12,109 bases of DNA from Gemmatimonadota bacterium (GTDB lineage: Bacteria > Gemmatimonadota > Gemmatimonadetes > Gemmatimonadales > GWC2-71-9), in assembly GCA_036679645.1 (NCBI GenBank), contig JAZDCY010000093.1, positions 1-12,109 of the forward strand, in the 5' to 3' direction. The notes beneath the pieces were generated by a model. It worked only from the letters and a program-made list of their open reading frames with translations, made no database searches and was not told the DNA's origin. The translations under genes and the position numbers were made by a program. How positions within the stretch are numbered: the stretch's first letter is position 1; every line of letters begins with the position of its first letter. Below, piece by piece: positions 1 to 8,262 of the stretch.

Positions 1-135
1 CCGGATGCGGTCGGAGCGCACGTCGCCGAGCATCTCACCGGCGACCATGCCCACGACGAGACCGCACGCGAAGCCGAACGCGGCGGTGATGCCGGCCCCG
101 ATAGGGCTCTCTTCTCGGTTGGTGCGAACGATCAT
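1..135 (-). CDS. 5' part of a divergent gene encoding a protein with an N-terminal membrane anchor (possibly BON-domain type); runs off the left edge
   Basis: Manual translation of the minus strand from ATG at 135 gives MIVRTNREESPIGAGITAAFGFACGLVVGMVAGEMLGDVRSDRIR, open to the window edge. A GGAGG Shine-Dalgarno lies 5 nt upstream (plus-strand cctcc 141-145). The hydrophobic Gly-rich segment looks like one transmembrane helix. The BON label is recollection only. Confidence 0.7.
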   Translation of the reverse strand, partial: MIVRTNREESPIGAGITAAFGFACGLVVGMVAGEMLGDVRSDRIR

Positions 136-171
136 GGGGTCCTCCCGTAGCATCCCTTACGCGCGGTGACT

Positions 172-180
172 AATTTACCA
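172..180 (-). promoter_or_regulatory. Candidate extended -10 promoter (TGGTAAATT) for the divergent gene
   Basis: The reverse complement of aatttacca reads TG-G-TAAATT, matching TGnTAnnnT, about 36 nt upstream of the ATG at 135. No good -35 at 17 bp spacing. Confidence 0.35.
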
Positions 181-239
181 AGATTGCGCAAACGCGCGAC
201 ACAAATCAACGGACGAACCCCCCACATCGTTATTTGCCA

Positions 240-2189
240 ATGAAGGATACCGTCAGCATCACGCTCCCAGACGGCTCGGTCCGCGAGGAGCCCACCGGGA
301 TTACGGCCGGCGCCATTGCCGCGTCCATCGGTCCGCGGCTGGCACGTGCCGCCGTCGCCGCGAAGGTCGATGGTGAGGTGTGGGACCTCGATCGTCCCAT
401 CGCGCGGGACGCGCCGGTCCAGATCCTCACCGAACGCGACGCGGACGCGCTCGCCGTGCTGCGGCATTCTGCCGCGCACATCCTGGCGACGGCGGTCCGC
501 CAGCTCTTTCCGGACGCCAGCATCGGGTTCGGCCCATCGATCGAGGACGGGTTCTACTACGACTTCGACGTGGAGCGACCCTTCACGCCCGACGATCTCG
601 TGCAGATTGAAGAGAAGATGCGCGAGGTGACGGCGGAGGACCACGCGTTTGTGCGGGAGGAGGTGAGTCGGGACGGCGCGCGCGAGCGGTTCCGTGATGA
701 TCCGCTCAAACTCGAGCGACTCGAGGAGCTGGACGACGACGAGATCATATCCGTCTATACGGACGGTCCCTTCGTCGATCTCTGCCGCGGGCCGCACGTA
801 CCGGGCACCGGCAGACTGAAACATTTCAAGCTGCTCCACGTGGCTGGTGCGTACTGGCGGGGCGATTCATCACGTCAGATGCTGCAGCGCATTTACGGAA
901 CGGCGTGGTTCTCCAAAGCCGATCTGGCCCAGTACGTCCAGCGCCTCGAGGAGGCCGAGAAGCGCGATCACAGAAAATTGGGTAAACGGCTCGACCTGTT
1001 CTCGGTGCAGGAGGAAGTCGGTCCGGGACTCATCCTGTGGCACCCGCGAGGCGCGACGATCCAGTTCGAGCTGCGCCGTTTCATCGAGGACGAGATTCTC
1101 CGGCGCGGGTACGAGCTGGTCTACACGCCGCACGTGACGCGCGAAGCCCTGTTCGTGCGGTCTGGGCACCTGCCGCTCTACGCGGACAATCAGTTCCCGC
1201 CCATGGCGGCCGGCGAGGGGGAGGCCGACGAGGTACGGTATCGGGCCAAGCCGATGAACTGTCCGCTGCACGCGCTGATCTACGCCGCGCATCAGCACTC
1301 CTATCGGGATCTGCCAATCCGCCTGGCGGAGGTGGCAAACGTCTACCGCAACGAGTTGTCGGGCACGCTGCACGGATTGCTCAGAGTGCGGGGGCTCACC
1401 ATGGACGACGCCCACATCTTCTGTCGTGAAGACCAGATAGAGGACGAGATCTTCGACATACTCGATCTCACCGATCTGGTGCTCAAACGCACGTTCGGAT
1501 TCGAGTACCGGCTCGATCTCGCCACGCGCCCCGAGAAGAAGATCGGCGACGATGCCATCTGGGACGTGTCGGAGCAGGCCCTGCGGCGAGCGCTCGAGCG
1601 ACGCAAACTGACCTTCGGGCTCGATGAAGGCGGCGGAGCGTTCTACGGTCCCAAGATCGACATCAAGCTGAAGGACGCCATCGGTCGCGAGTGGCAGGGC
1701 ACGACGATCCAGCTGGACTACAACCTGCCCGAGCGGTTCGAGCTCGAGTACACGGGCTCGGACAACAAGCCGCACCGGCCGGTGATGATTCATCGGGCCA
1801 TCTTCGGCACGATGGAGCGATTCATCGGATGCCTCATCGAGCACTTCGCGGGCGCGTTCCCGGTCTGGCTCGCTCCCGAACAGGTGCGGTTCATCCCAAT
1901 CACAGATGAGCAAGCCGCCGCGGCCGCTGTGTTGCGCAAGCAGTTCCGCGATGCCGGGATTCGTGCCGGACTGGACGATCGGAACGAGACGTTGAACTAC
2001 CGGGTGCGGGACGGCGAGTTGATGAAGGTGCCCTACATGGCCGTGGTAGGGAAACGCGAGGTGGCCGATGGGACGGTCGCGGTTCGTGTGCGGGGCGCTG
2101 GCAAGAAGCAGGAGGTCATGCCCGTAGAGGCATTTCTAACCCGGCTGCGGGACGAGATCGCCGGGCGGGCGCTTAACCCCGCCGGTTGA
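240..2189 (+). CDS. thrS: Threonine--tRNA ligase
   Basis: N-terminal TGS domain (ITLPDGS...AAKVDG). Editing-domain motifs RHSAAH and DLCRGPH, plus GAYWRGD and RDHRKLG. Zinc-ligand motifs KPMNCP, DDAH and MIHRA. GAFYGPKID and a C-terminal anticodon-binding domain. Start taken as ATG 240; TTG 234 is the alternative. Confidence 0.98.
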   Translation: MKDTVSITLPDGSVREEPTGITAGAIAASIGPRLARAAVAAKVDGEVWDLDRPIARDAPVQILTERDADALAVLRHSAAHILATAVRQLFPDASIGFGPSIEDGFYYDFDVERPFTPDDLVQIEEKMREVTAEDHAFVREEVSRDGARERFRDDPLKLERLEELDDDEIISVYTDGPFVDLCRGPHVPGTGRLKHFKLLHVAGAYWRGDSSRQMLQRIYGTAWFSKADLAQYVQRLEEAEKRDHRKLGKRLDLFSVQEEVGPGLILWHPRGATIQFELRRFIEDEILRRGYELVYTPHVTREALFVRSGHLPLYADNQFPPMAAGEGEADEVRYRAKPMNCPLHALIYAAHQHSYRDLPIRLAEVANVYRNELSGTLHGLLRVRGLTMDDAHIFCREDQIEDEIFDILDLTDLVLKRTFGFEYRLDLATRPEKKIGDDAIWDVSEQALRRALERRKLTFGLDEGGGAFYGPKIDIKLKDAIGREWQGTTIQLDYNLPERFELEYTGSDNKPHRPVMIHRAIFGTMERFIGCLIEHFAGAFPVWLAPEQVRFIPITDEQAAAAAVLRKQFRDAGIRAGLDDRNETLNYRVRDGELMKVPYMAVVGKREVADGTVAVRVRGAGKKQEVMPVEAFLTRLRDEIAGRALNPAG

Positions 2190-2214
2190 GGGGGTTCCGA
2201 CCCACCGTTAAACT
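2186..2214 (+). promoter_or_regulatory. Candidate sigma70-type promoter for the thiolase operon
   Basis: TTGAGG (2186-2191), 17 nt spacer, TAAACT (2209-2214). The -35 overlaps the thrS stop codon. Predicted transcription start near 2221. Confidence 0.5.
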
Positions 2215-2245
2215 TCCATGCGCCGGGAAACCCACCTCACGGCGA

Positions 2246-2261
2246 GTCGCACTTGTGCGAC
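2246..2261. repeat. Perfect inverted repeat GTCGCAC-TT-GTGCGAC (RNA hairpin or operator)
   Basis: The 7-2-7 inverted repeat is read directly in the thrS-thiolase intergenic region. No U-tract follows it. Confidence 0.75.
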
Positions 2262-2288
2262 ACCCCATCAAGCGATTGAGGTCGTTCA

Positions 2289-3479
2289 GTGACAGATAGG
2301 AGCCGTATTCCCGTTATCATCAGCGCCACGCGCACGCCCGTCGGCAAGTTCCTGGGGGGACTGAGCCCAATGAGCGCGCCGCAGTTGGGCGCCGTGGCAA
2401 TTAGGGAAGCCGTGCGCCGTGCGGGCATTGACGGCGACGCGGTCCAGGAAGCGATCATGGGAAACGTAATTCAGGGCGGGACGGGGCAGGCGCCCGCCCG
2501 GCAGGCTGCCATACACGGCGGTCTGCCCGGTGCGGTGCCGGCGCTCACCGTCAACAAGGTGTGCGGCAGCGGTCTCAAGGCGGTGATGCTAGCCGCGCAG
2601 TCCGTCAAGGCGGGTGACGCTCAATGCGTAGTGGCCGGCGGCATGGAGTCCATGTCCAGCGCCCCACACTACCTGTACGGCATGCGTAACGGTGTGAAGT
2701 TCGGCAATCAAGAACTGGTCGACGGTCTTCTGCACGACGGCTTGTGGTGCTCGTTTGGCAACTGCCACATGGGGAGCCACGCCGAGTACACGGCCCAGAA
2801 AGGCTGTGTGAGTCGCGAGCAGCAGGACCAGTTTGCGCTGGAGAGCCATCAGAAAGCCGTTGCGGCCATCGAGGGCGGTCGGTTTCGGGACGAGATCGTC
2901 GCCGTCGAGGTGCCGGGACGGAAAGGCGCCACCACGGTGGACACCGACGAGGCGCCGCGTAAGGAAACCTCGCTCGAAGCGCTGGCGAAGCTCAAGCCGG
3001 CATTCGAGAAGGACGGCACCGTCACGGCTGGGAACGCGCCGGGGCTGAACGACGGAGCGAGCGCCGTCGTCGTCACGTCGGCGGCCTTTGCCGAGACGCA
3101 TGGGCTCCCGGTGATGGCCCGCATAACCGGATACGCCACCGGTGGTGGCGAGCCGCGCGACCTGTTTTTTGCACCCATCGTGGCGGTCAAGAACTTGATG
3201 GCACAGACCGGATCGCAGATAAGCGACTACGAGTTGATCGAGGCCAACGAAGCGTTTGCGGTGCAAGCCCTTGCCGATGGCAACGGTCTGGGTTGGGATT
3301 GGAGCCGAGTGAACGTCAATGGCGGTGCGGTGGCACTGGGCCACCCCATTGGTGCCAGTGGCGCGCGGATTCTCACGACGCTCCTCTACGCCATGCGAGA
3401 CCGGGACACCCACACCGGTCTGGCCACCCTCTGTCTCGGTGGCGGCAATGCCGTCGCCCTCAGCGTGGAGCGCGTATGA
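2289..3479 (+). CDS. Acetyl-CoA C-acetyltransferase (thiolase, AtoB/Thl type)
   Basis: Motifs RTPVG, NKVCGSG (catalytic Cys), GGMESMS, VTAGNA..LNDGA, NEAFA, GHPIGASG (His) and CLGGG (second Cys). GAGGT SD at 2278-2282 precedes the GTG start. Confidence 0.96.
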   Translation: MTDRSRIPVIISATRTPVGKFLGGLSPMSAPQLGAVAIREAVRRAGIDGDAVQEAIMGNVIQGGTGQAPARQAAIHGGLPGAVPALTVNKVCGSGLKAVMLAAQSVKAGDAQCVVAGGMESMSSAPHYLYGMRNGVKFGNQELVDGLLHDGLWCSFGNCHMGSHAEYTAQKGCVSREQQDQFALESHQKAVAAIEGGRFRDEIVAVEVPGRKGATTVDTDEAPRKETSLEALAKLKPAFEKDGTVTAGNAPGLNDGASAVVVTSAAFAETHGLPVMARITGYATGGGEPRDLFFAPIVAVKNLMAQTGSQISDYELIEANEAFAVQALADGNGLGWDWSRVNVNGGAVALGHPIGASGARILTTLLYAMRDRDTHTGLATLCLGGGNAVALSVERV

Positions 3480-4051
3480 AACCGATTATGCAGACCGTTG
3501 ACCGCCCAGCGGCATCGCAAATCGCGGGTCGGCGAGCGGCCGCCGTAGTAGCCGGTGCGGTGCTCGTAGCCCTCGGAGCGCAGATCGCGGTGCCGCTTCC
3601 GGGCACGCCCGTTCCCATCACGATGCAGGTCCCGGCCGTATTGATCGTGGGTGGCCTGTTGGGGCCGGTCTTGGGCGCGAGCAGTCTGGTGCTCTACCTG
3701 GTGATGGGCGCGTCCGGACTGCCGGTCTATGCGGCCGGTGGTGTGCTTGGGGTCGCGCGCCTGTTCGGTCCGACGGGGGGGTACCTGTTGGCCATGCCCT
3801 TCGCCGCGGCGTTGATCGGGCGGACCGTTGGTGACGGCCGGCACCTCATGCGTCTCGTCGCCGGGCTGGTGGTCGGTACACTCGCCGTCCACGCGGGCGG
3901 GGTAGCGCAGCTGGCAGCCTTGGGTGGCGATATGACGGTGGCACTCAAGGCCGGCTCCTTGCCGTTCCTGGCCGGCGACCTGGTCAAGCTGGTTCTTGCC
4001 GGTCTCGTGATTCACCGGATTGCGCTGACGACTCGACGCGCGCTCCACTGA
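3476..4051 (+). CDS. bioY: Biotin transporter BioY (ECF S-component family)
   Basis: Hydrophobic protein of about 191 aa with BioY-type motifs [31 protein letters not shown] and PFLAGDLVK. The start is ATG 3476, overlapping the thiolase stop as ATGA. The ORF-track extension to 3293 lies inside the thiolase gene. Confidence 0.92.
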   Translation: MKPIMQTVDRPAASQIAGRRAAAVVAGAVLVALGAQIAVPLPGTPVPITMQVPAVLIVGGLLGPVLGASSLVLYLVMGASGLPVYAAGGVLGVARLFGPTGGYLLAMPFAAALIGRTVGDGRHLMRLVAGLVVGTLAVHAGGVAQLAALGGDMTVALKAGSLPFLAGDLVKLVLAGLVIHRIALTTRRALH

Positions 4052-4926
4052 GCGCGCGCGCGTCGTTTCAGGAACGCGCTCGCGACCTGCTGCGCGCGGT
4101 GCTCGTCCTGGCCGTGTTCTTCGTCGCCTTCGCGGCGGTGGCCACCGTCCTGGGGCGTCTCCAGACGGCGGCGCTGCCGGCCGGAAGTGGGTGGAGCGGG
4201 CTGGGGCGCGGGATCCTCGCGCTGAGTGTCCCGGGACTGCTTGCCGCGATCGCCATCTATGTAGTGCTCGTGCGCCGGCCCGGATGGACGGGGGCAAGAT
4301 TGGGGTGGCCTGCGCCGCCGGTCGCCGCGCCGGCTTTCGGGGTCGGTGTGCTGTGGGGTGGGGCCATGGCCGGCGGTGCGTTGCTGCTGGGTATCGCGGG
4401 CGGTGCGCGAATCGTCATGCAAGAGGCCCCCGGCGAGTCATATCTCGCGACGGCAGTGCCGATAGTCGCGGGACTCGCGGTGGCGGCGCTGCTGGAAGAG
4501 CTGCTGTTTCGTGGCTTCCCGCTGGTGCGGCTCGCGCAGGCGGCAGGTCGGGTGGGAGCGAGCATTACGCTGGCAGCGGTCTTCGCGCTCGCGCATGTTG
4601 GGAACCCCGACACCTCGCCAGTCGGTATTGTGAACATCGGACTTGCGGCCCTGTTGCTGAGCGCGGTGTTCTTCTCGCCCGGTGGGCTGGCGGCGGCGTG
4701 GGGGCTGCACCTTGGCTGGAACAGTGGGCTGGTGCTGGTCGGCGACGCGCCGGTGAGCGGTTTGCGGTTTGCGTTGCCGGTGCTGGAGTATTTTCCGGGC
4801 CGGCACGGGTGGATCACCGGCGGTCGGTTCGGGCCCGAGGGCGGATTGGTGACGACGATCGTGATGACCGCGGCGCTGGCCTGGTGGGTGCGTCGCGTCA
4901 AGTCGGAGACGCGGGAGGCGGTGTGA
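4048..4926 (+). CDS. CPBP family (Abi/CAAX type II) intramembrane glutamic endopeptidase
   Basis: Multi-pass membrane protein with EELLFRG (EExxxR), FALAH (FxxxH) and HLGWN (HxxxN), and a C-terminal [10 protein letters not shown]. The start is uncertain: in-frame CTG 4048 overlapping the bioY stop, or GTG 4099. Confidence 0.88.
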   Translation: MSARASFQERARDLLRAVLVLAVFFVAFAAVATVLGRLQTAALPAGSGWSGLGRGILALSVPGLLAAIAIYVVLVRRPGWTGARLGWPAPPVAAPAFGVGVLWGGAMAGGALLLGIAGGARIVMQEAPGESYLATAVPIVAGLAVAALLEELLFRGFPLVRLAQAAGRVGASITLAAVFALAHVGNPDTSPVGIVNIGLAALLLSAVFFSPGGLAAAWGLHLGWNSGLVLVGDAPVSGLRFALPVLEYFPGRHGWITGGRFGPEGGLVTTIVMTAALAWWVRRVKSETREAV

Positions 4927-5771
4927 AACAGGTGGCGGTGGTCGGTGCTGGAACGATGGGCAACGGGATTGCCCATGCGTTCGCGCAACACGGTGCCGCG
5001 GTTGCGCTCATCGACGTCGATCGGGACCAACTCGAGCGTGCACGCGCCACCATCGTTAAGAACATGGATCGGCAGATCAAGAAAGGCGTGCTCGACGAGG
5101 CGGAACGCGACGGCGCGCTGGCCCGCATCACGAGCGCGGTGGATCTCGACGCGGCGAGTGGTGCGGAGCTGATCGTCGAGGCGGCCAGCGAATCGCCCGA
5201 AGTAAAGTTCACGATCTTCGCGGAGCTGGATCGGTTGGCGGCGCCACAGGCTATCCTCGCCTCCAATACGTCGTCGATCTCGATCAGCGAGATCGCCGCC
5301 CGGACCGAGCGGCCTGAGAACGTGATCGGGATGCATTTCATGAATCCCGTCCCGATGATGGAACTGGTCGAGGTGATCCGCGGCCTGGCCACATCCGACG
5401 AGACAATGGACCGCGTCACGCGGGCGGCGAGAGATCTCGGGAAGACCCCGGTGGAGGTCAATGATTACCCGGGATTCGTCTCGAACCGGGTTCTCATGCC
5501 GATGATCAACGAAGCGGTATTCTGTGTGATGGAAGGGGTTGCGGAGCCGGAGGCCGTTGACACGGTCATGAAGCTCGGGATGAACCACCCGATGGGCCCG
5601 CTGGCCCTCGCCGATCTCGTCGGGCTCGATGTCTGCCTCGCAATTCTCGAGGTGTTGCATCGCGGGCTCGGAGACGACAAGTATCGTCCCTGTCCCCTGC
5701 TGCGGAAGATGGTGGCCGCGGGCCGACTCGGCCGGAAGAGTGGCCGGGGATTCTACGACTACAGCAAGTGA
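4923..5771 (+). CDS. hbd: 3-hydroxybutyryl-CoA dehydrogenase (3-hydroxyacyl-CoA dehydrogenase family)
   Basis: 282 aa from GTG 4923, which overlaps the CPBP stop as GTGA and has a GGGAGG SD upstream. Motifs: Rossmann [20 protein letters not shown] (catalytic His), PGFVSNR, HPMGPL and [10 protein letters not shown]. Confidence 0.95.
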   Translation: MKQVAVVGAGTMGNGIAHAFAQHGAAVALIDVDRDQLERARATIVKNMDRQIKKGVLDEAERDGALARITSAVDLDAASGAELIVEAASESPEVKFTIFAELDRLAAPQAILASNTSSISISEIAARTERPENVIGMHFMNPVPMMELVEVIRGLATSDETMDRVTRAARDLGKTPVEVNDYPGFVSNRVLMPMINEAVFCVMEGVAEPEAVDTVMKLGMNHPMGPLALADLVGLDVCLAILEVLHRGLGDDKYRPCPLLRKMVAAGRLGRKSGRGFYDYSK

Positions 5772-5778
5772 GTGACGT

Positions 5779-6897
5779 GTGACTCATGTACATACGACGG
5801 CGACGAGCGAGCATGCGGTGGTCGACCAGCCGCCCATCAATGTCTTTGACAAGCTCGCCGTATATAACCACGAGCAGGTCAGCTACTGGTACGACCCGGT
5901 TGCCGGGTATCGCGGGATTATCGCGATCCACAACACCGCCCTCGGTCCAGCGCTGGGTGGAACGCGGTTCTGGGACTACGGGTCGGATGACGAGGCGACG
6001 CGTGATGTCCTCAGGCTAGCGCGTGGCATGACGTACAAGGCGGCCGTCGCCGGGTTGAACCTCGGCGGTGGCAAGAGCGTGATCATCGGGGACAACAGCA
6101 CCACCGAACGCGAGGGACTCTTTCGCGCGCACGGGCGCCACGTCAACTCCATTGCGGGCCGCTACATTACGGCAGAGGATGTCGGTACCAGCCCCAGCGA
6201 CATGGAGTGGGTGCGGCAGGAGACCGAACATGTCGTCGGTCTCGCCGACGGTTCGGGCGATCCGTCACCAGTGACGGCGTTCGGCGTGTTCAGGGGGATG
6301 CAGGCGTGCGCCAAGTTCCTCTACGGTAACGATGATCTCTCGGGGAAGACGGTGACCGTCCAGGGCGTCGGGCATGTCGGCTATCACGTCTGCAAGCATC
6401 TGCACGAGGCGGGCGCCCCGTTGATCGTGACCGATATTGACGACGATAAGGTCGCTCGCGTAGTACGCGAGTTTGGCGCCACGGCCGTTGCGAGCGACGA
6501 GATCTACCGGCAAGAAGCCAACATCTTTGCGCCGTGCGCGCTGGGTGCCGTCGTCAACGACAAGACGCTCGAGGTGCTCCAGGTCGAGATCGTGGCTGGT
6601 GCGGCCAACAACCAGTTACATCGCGAGCGCCACGGCGACGCGTTGGAGTCGCGCGGGATCATCTACGGGCCGGACTATGTTATCAATGGTGGTGGCCTGA
6701 TCAACGTGAACGCCGAGATCGAGGGATGGTCTCTCGAGCGCGCACACCAGAAGGCCAGCGAGATCTACCAGACGATCCTCCGGGTCTTGGAGATCGCCCG
6801 CGATCAGGGGATTCCCTCCTATCTAGCGGCGGACCGTCTTGCCGAGCAGCGCGTGGCAGAGGCAGAGCAAACCAAGGGACTTCCGCACCGGATCTAA
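5779..6897 (+). CDS. Leucine dehydrogenase-like Glu/Leu/Phe/Val dehydrogenase
   Basis: Motifs [62 protein letters not shown] and PDYVINGGG. The exact start is uncertain (GTG 5779 or GTG 5818). Confidence 0.93.
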   Translation: MTHVHTTATSEHAVVDQPPINVFDKLAVYNHEQVSYWYDPVAGYRGIIAIHNTALGPALGGTRFWDYGSDDEATRDVLRLARGMTYKAAVAGLNLGGGKSVIIGDNSTTEREGLFRAHGRHVNSIAGRYITAEDVGTSPSDMEWVRQETEHVVGLADGSGDPSPVTAFGVFRGMQACAKFLYGNDDLSGKTVTVQGVGHVGYHVCKHLHEAGAPLIVTDIDDDKVARVVREFGATAVASDEIYRQEANIFAPCALGAVVNDKTLEVLQVEIVAGAANNQLHRERHGDALESRGIIYGPDYVINGGGLINVNAEIEGWSLERAHQKASEIYQTILRVLEIARDQGIPSYLAADRLAEQRVAEAEQTKGLPHRI

Positions 6898-6901
6898 CGA
6901 C

Positions 6902-8167
6902 GTGGACCAACACTTCAGTTCTCTACAGGATGTCGATCCTACCATTCATGGCCTGATTCAGCGCGAGGTCATCCGTCAGGAAGAGGGACTCGAGTTGATT
7001 GCGAGCGAGAATTTCACGTCGCTCGCGGTGCTCGAGGCGGTGGGCTCGGTGCTGACCAACAAGTACGCCGAGGGCTACCCTGGGAAGCGGTACTACGGTG
7101 GTTGCGAGGTGGTAGACGAGGTGGAGCAGCTCGCGATCGACCGGGCGAAGCAGTTGTTTGTCGCCGAGCATGCCAACGTGCAACCGCACAGCGGTGCGCA
7201 GGCGAACTTTGCGGCCTATCTCGCGGTGCTACAGCCGGGCGACCGCATGATGGGCATGCGGTTGACAGATGGGGGACACCTCACCCACGGGGCCTCGGTC
7301 AACGTGAGTGGCCAGCTCTTCGATGTGGCGCAGTACGGAGTGGACGAGCGGACCGGCCTGCTCAGTATGGATGAGGTGCGTGAGAAAGCGTTGGCGTTCC
7401 GGCCCAAACTCATCGTGGCGGGGGCCAGTGCATACCCGCGGGTCCTTGATTGGGAAGCGTTCGGTTCCATCGCGCGCGAGATCGATGCGCTCCTGCTGGT
7501 CGACATGGCTCATTACTCCGGTCTCATTGCGGGCGGCGTGTATCCCTCGCCGGTTCCCCACGCCGACATCGTGACCAGCACGACCCACAAGACGCTGCGT
7601 GGACCACGGGGCGGGTTCATCCTGTGCAAGGAACCGCTCGCGAAACCAATCAACAAGCTCGTCTTCCCGGGCTCGCAGGGCGGGCCGCTCGAGCATGTGA
7701 TTGCCGGGAAAGCCGTAGCGTTCGCCCAGGCGGCGAAGCCCGAGTTCAAGGCGTACGCGGCGCAGGTGGTCCGCAACGCGCGAGCACTCGGGAGCGCGCT
7801 CGAAGCGGCCGGCTTTACGCTGGTCTCGGGCGGGACGGACAGTCACCTGTTGCTCGTCGACCTCCGCTCCAAGCAGCTCACCGGCAAGGAGGCCCAGGCG
7901 ACGCTCGATCGAGTCGGGATTCACATCAACAAGAACACCGTGCCGGGAGACCCACAGTCCCCCTTCGTCACCAGTGGCATCCGGATCGGCACCGCCGCGC
8001 TCACGACACGCGGTATGGCTGAAGCCGAGATGCAGCAAATCGGTGAACTCATCGATCGGGCGCTCCGGACGCGCGACGATGAGGCGGCGCTCGATCGGCT
8101 GCATGGCGAGGTCCGGGAGCTGGCTGCGGGCTTCCCGTTGGCCGCCGTATCGGCCGTCGCGGACTAG
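6902..8167 (+). CDS. glyA: Serine hydroxymethyltransferase
   Basis: Motifs [51 protein letters not shown] (PLP lysine), FPGSQGGP and SGIRIGT. Start GTG 6902, 4 nt after the upstream stop; 421 aa. Confidence 0.98.
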   Translation: MDQHFSSLQDVDPTIHGLIQREVIRQEEGLELIASENFTSLAVLEAVGSVLTNKYAEGYPGKRYYGGCEVVDEVEQLAIDRAKQLFVAEHANVQPHSGAQANFAAYLAVLQPGDRMMGMRLTDGGHLTHGASVNVSGQLFDVAQYGVDERTGLLSMDEVREKALAFRPKLIVAGASAYPRVLDWEAFGSIAREIDALLLVDMAHYSGLIAGGVYPSPVPHADIVTSTTHKTLRGPRGGFILCKEPLAKPINKLVFPGSQGGPLEHVIAGKAVAFAQAAKPEFKAYAAQVVRNARALGSALEAAGFTLVSGGTDSHLLLVDLRSKQLTGKEAQATLDRVGIHINKNTVPGDPQSPFVTSGIRIGTAALTTRGMAEAEMQQIGELIDRALRTRDDEAALDRLHGEVRELAAGFPLAAVSAVAD

Positions 8168-8172
8168 GCCTC

Positions 8173-8201
8173 TTGCCCCCCGCCGGTTTGTGTCTCAGAA
8201 T
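8173..8201 (+). promoter_or_regulatory. Candidate sigma70-type promoter for the 8263 gene and downstream genes
   Basis: TTGCCC (8173-8178), 17 nt spacer, CAGAAT (8196-8201), directly after the glyA stop. GAGGAG SD at 8246-8251. Confidence 0.5.
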
Positions 8202-8262
8202 TGAGCAGATATCCATGAGGAACCACCGGACTGGGGATCGCAGGCGAGGAGTGGCGACGTAG

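Noticed and set aside
136..239. tRNA gene or T-box upstream of thrS
   Set aside because: No cloverleaf, no TTCGA T-loop and no T-box consensus, and the region is too short.
2172..2261. Intrinsic terminator after thrS (hairpins at 2172-2190 and 2246-2261)
   Set aside because: Neither hairpin is followed by a U-tract, and the first lies almost entirely within the thrS coding sequence.
3293..3475. BioY N-terminal extension in the ORF track
   Set aside because: It overlaps the conserved thiolase C-terminus. ATG 3476 gives a normal-length BioY.
4052..4062. (GC)n dinucleotide run
   Set aside because: It is short, expected in GC-rich DNA, and probably coding.
4191..4922. Apparent N-terminal extension making Hbd 526 aa
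   Set aside because: It is an Arg/Gly-rich off-frame reading of the CPBP gene. The Hbd domain begins at GTG 4923 with an SD and a GTGA overlap, so this is not a fusion.
6839..6901. glyA upstream extension or a ZTP/glycine riboswitch before glyA
   Set aside because: Only 4 nt separate the dehydrogenase stop from GTG 6902, leaving no non-coding leader. No riboswitch consensus was seen.
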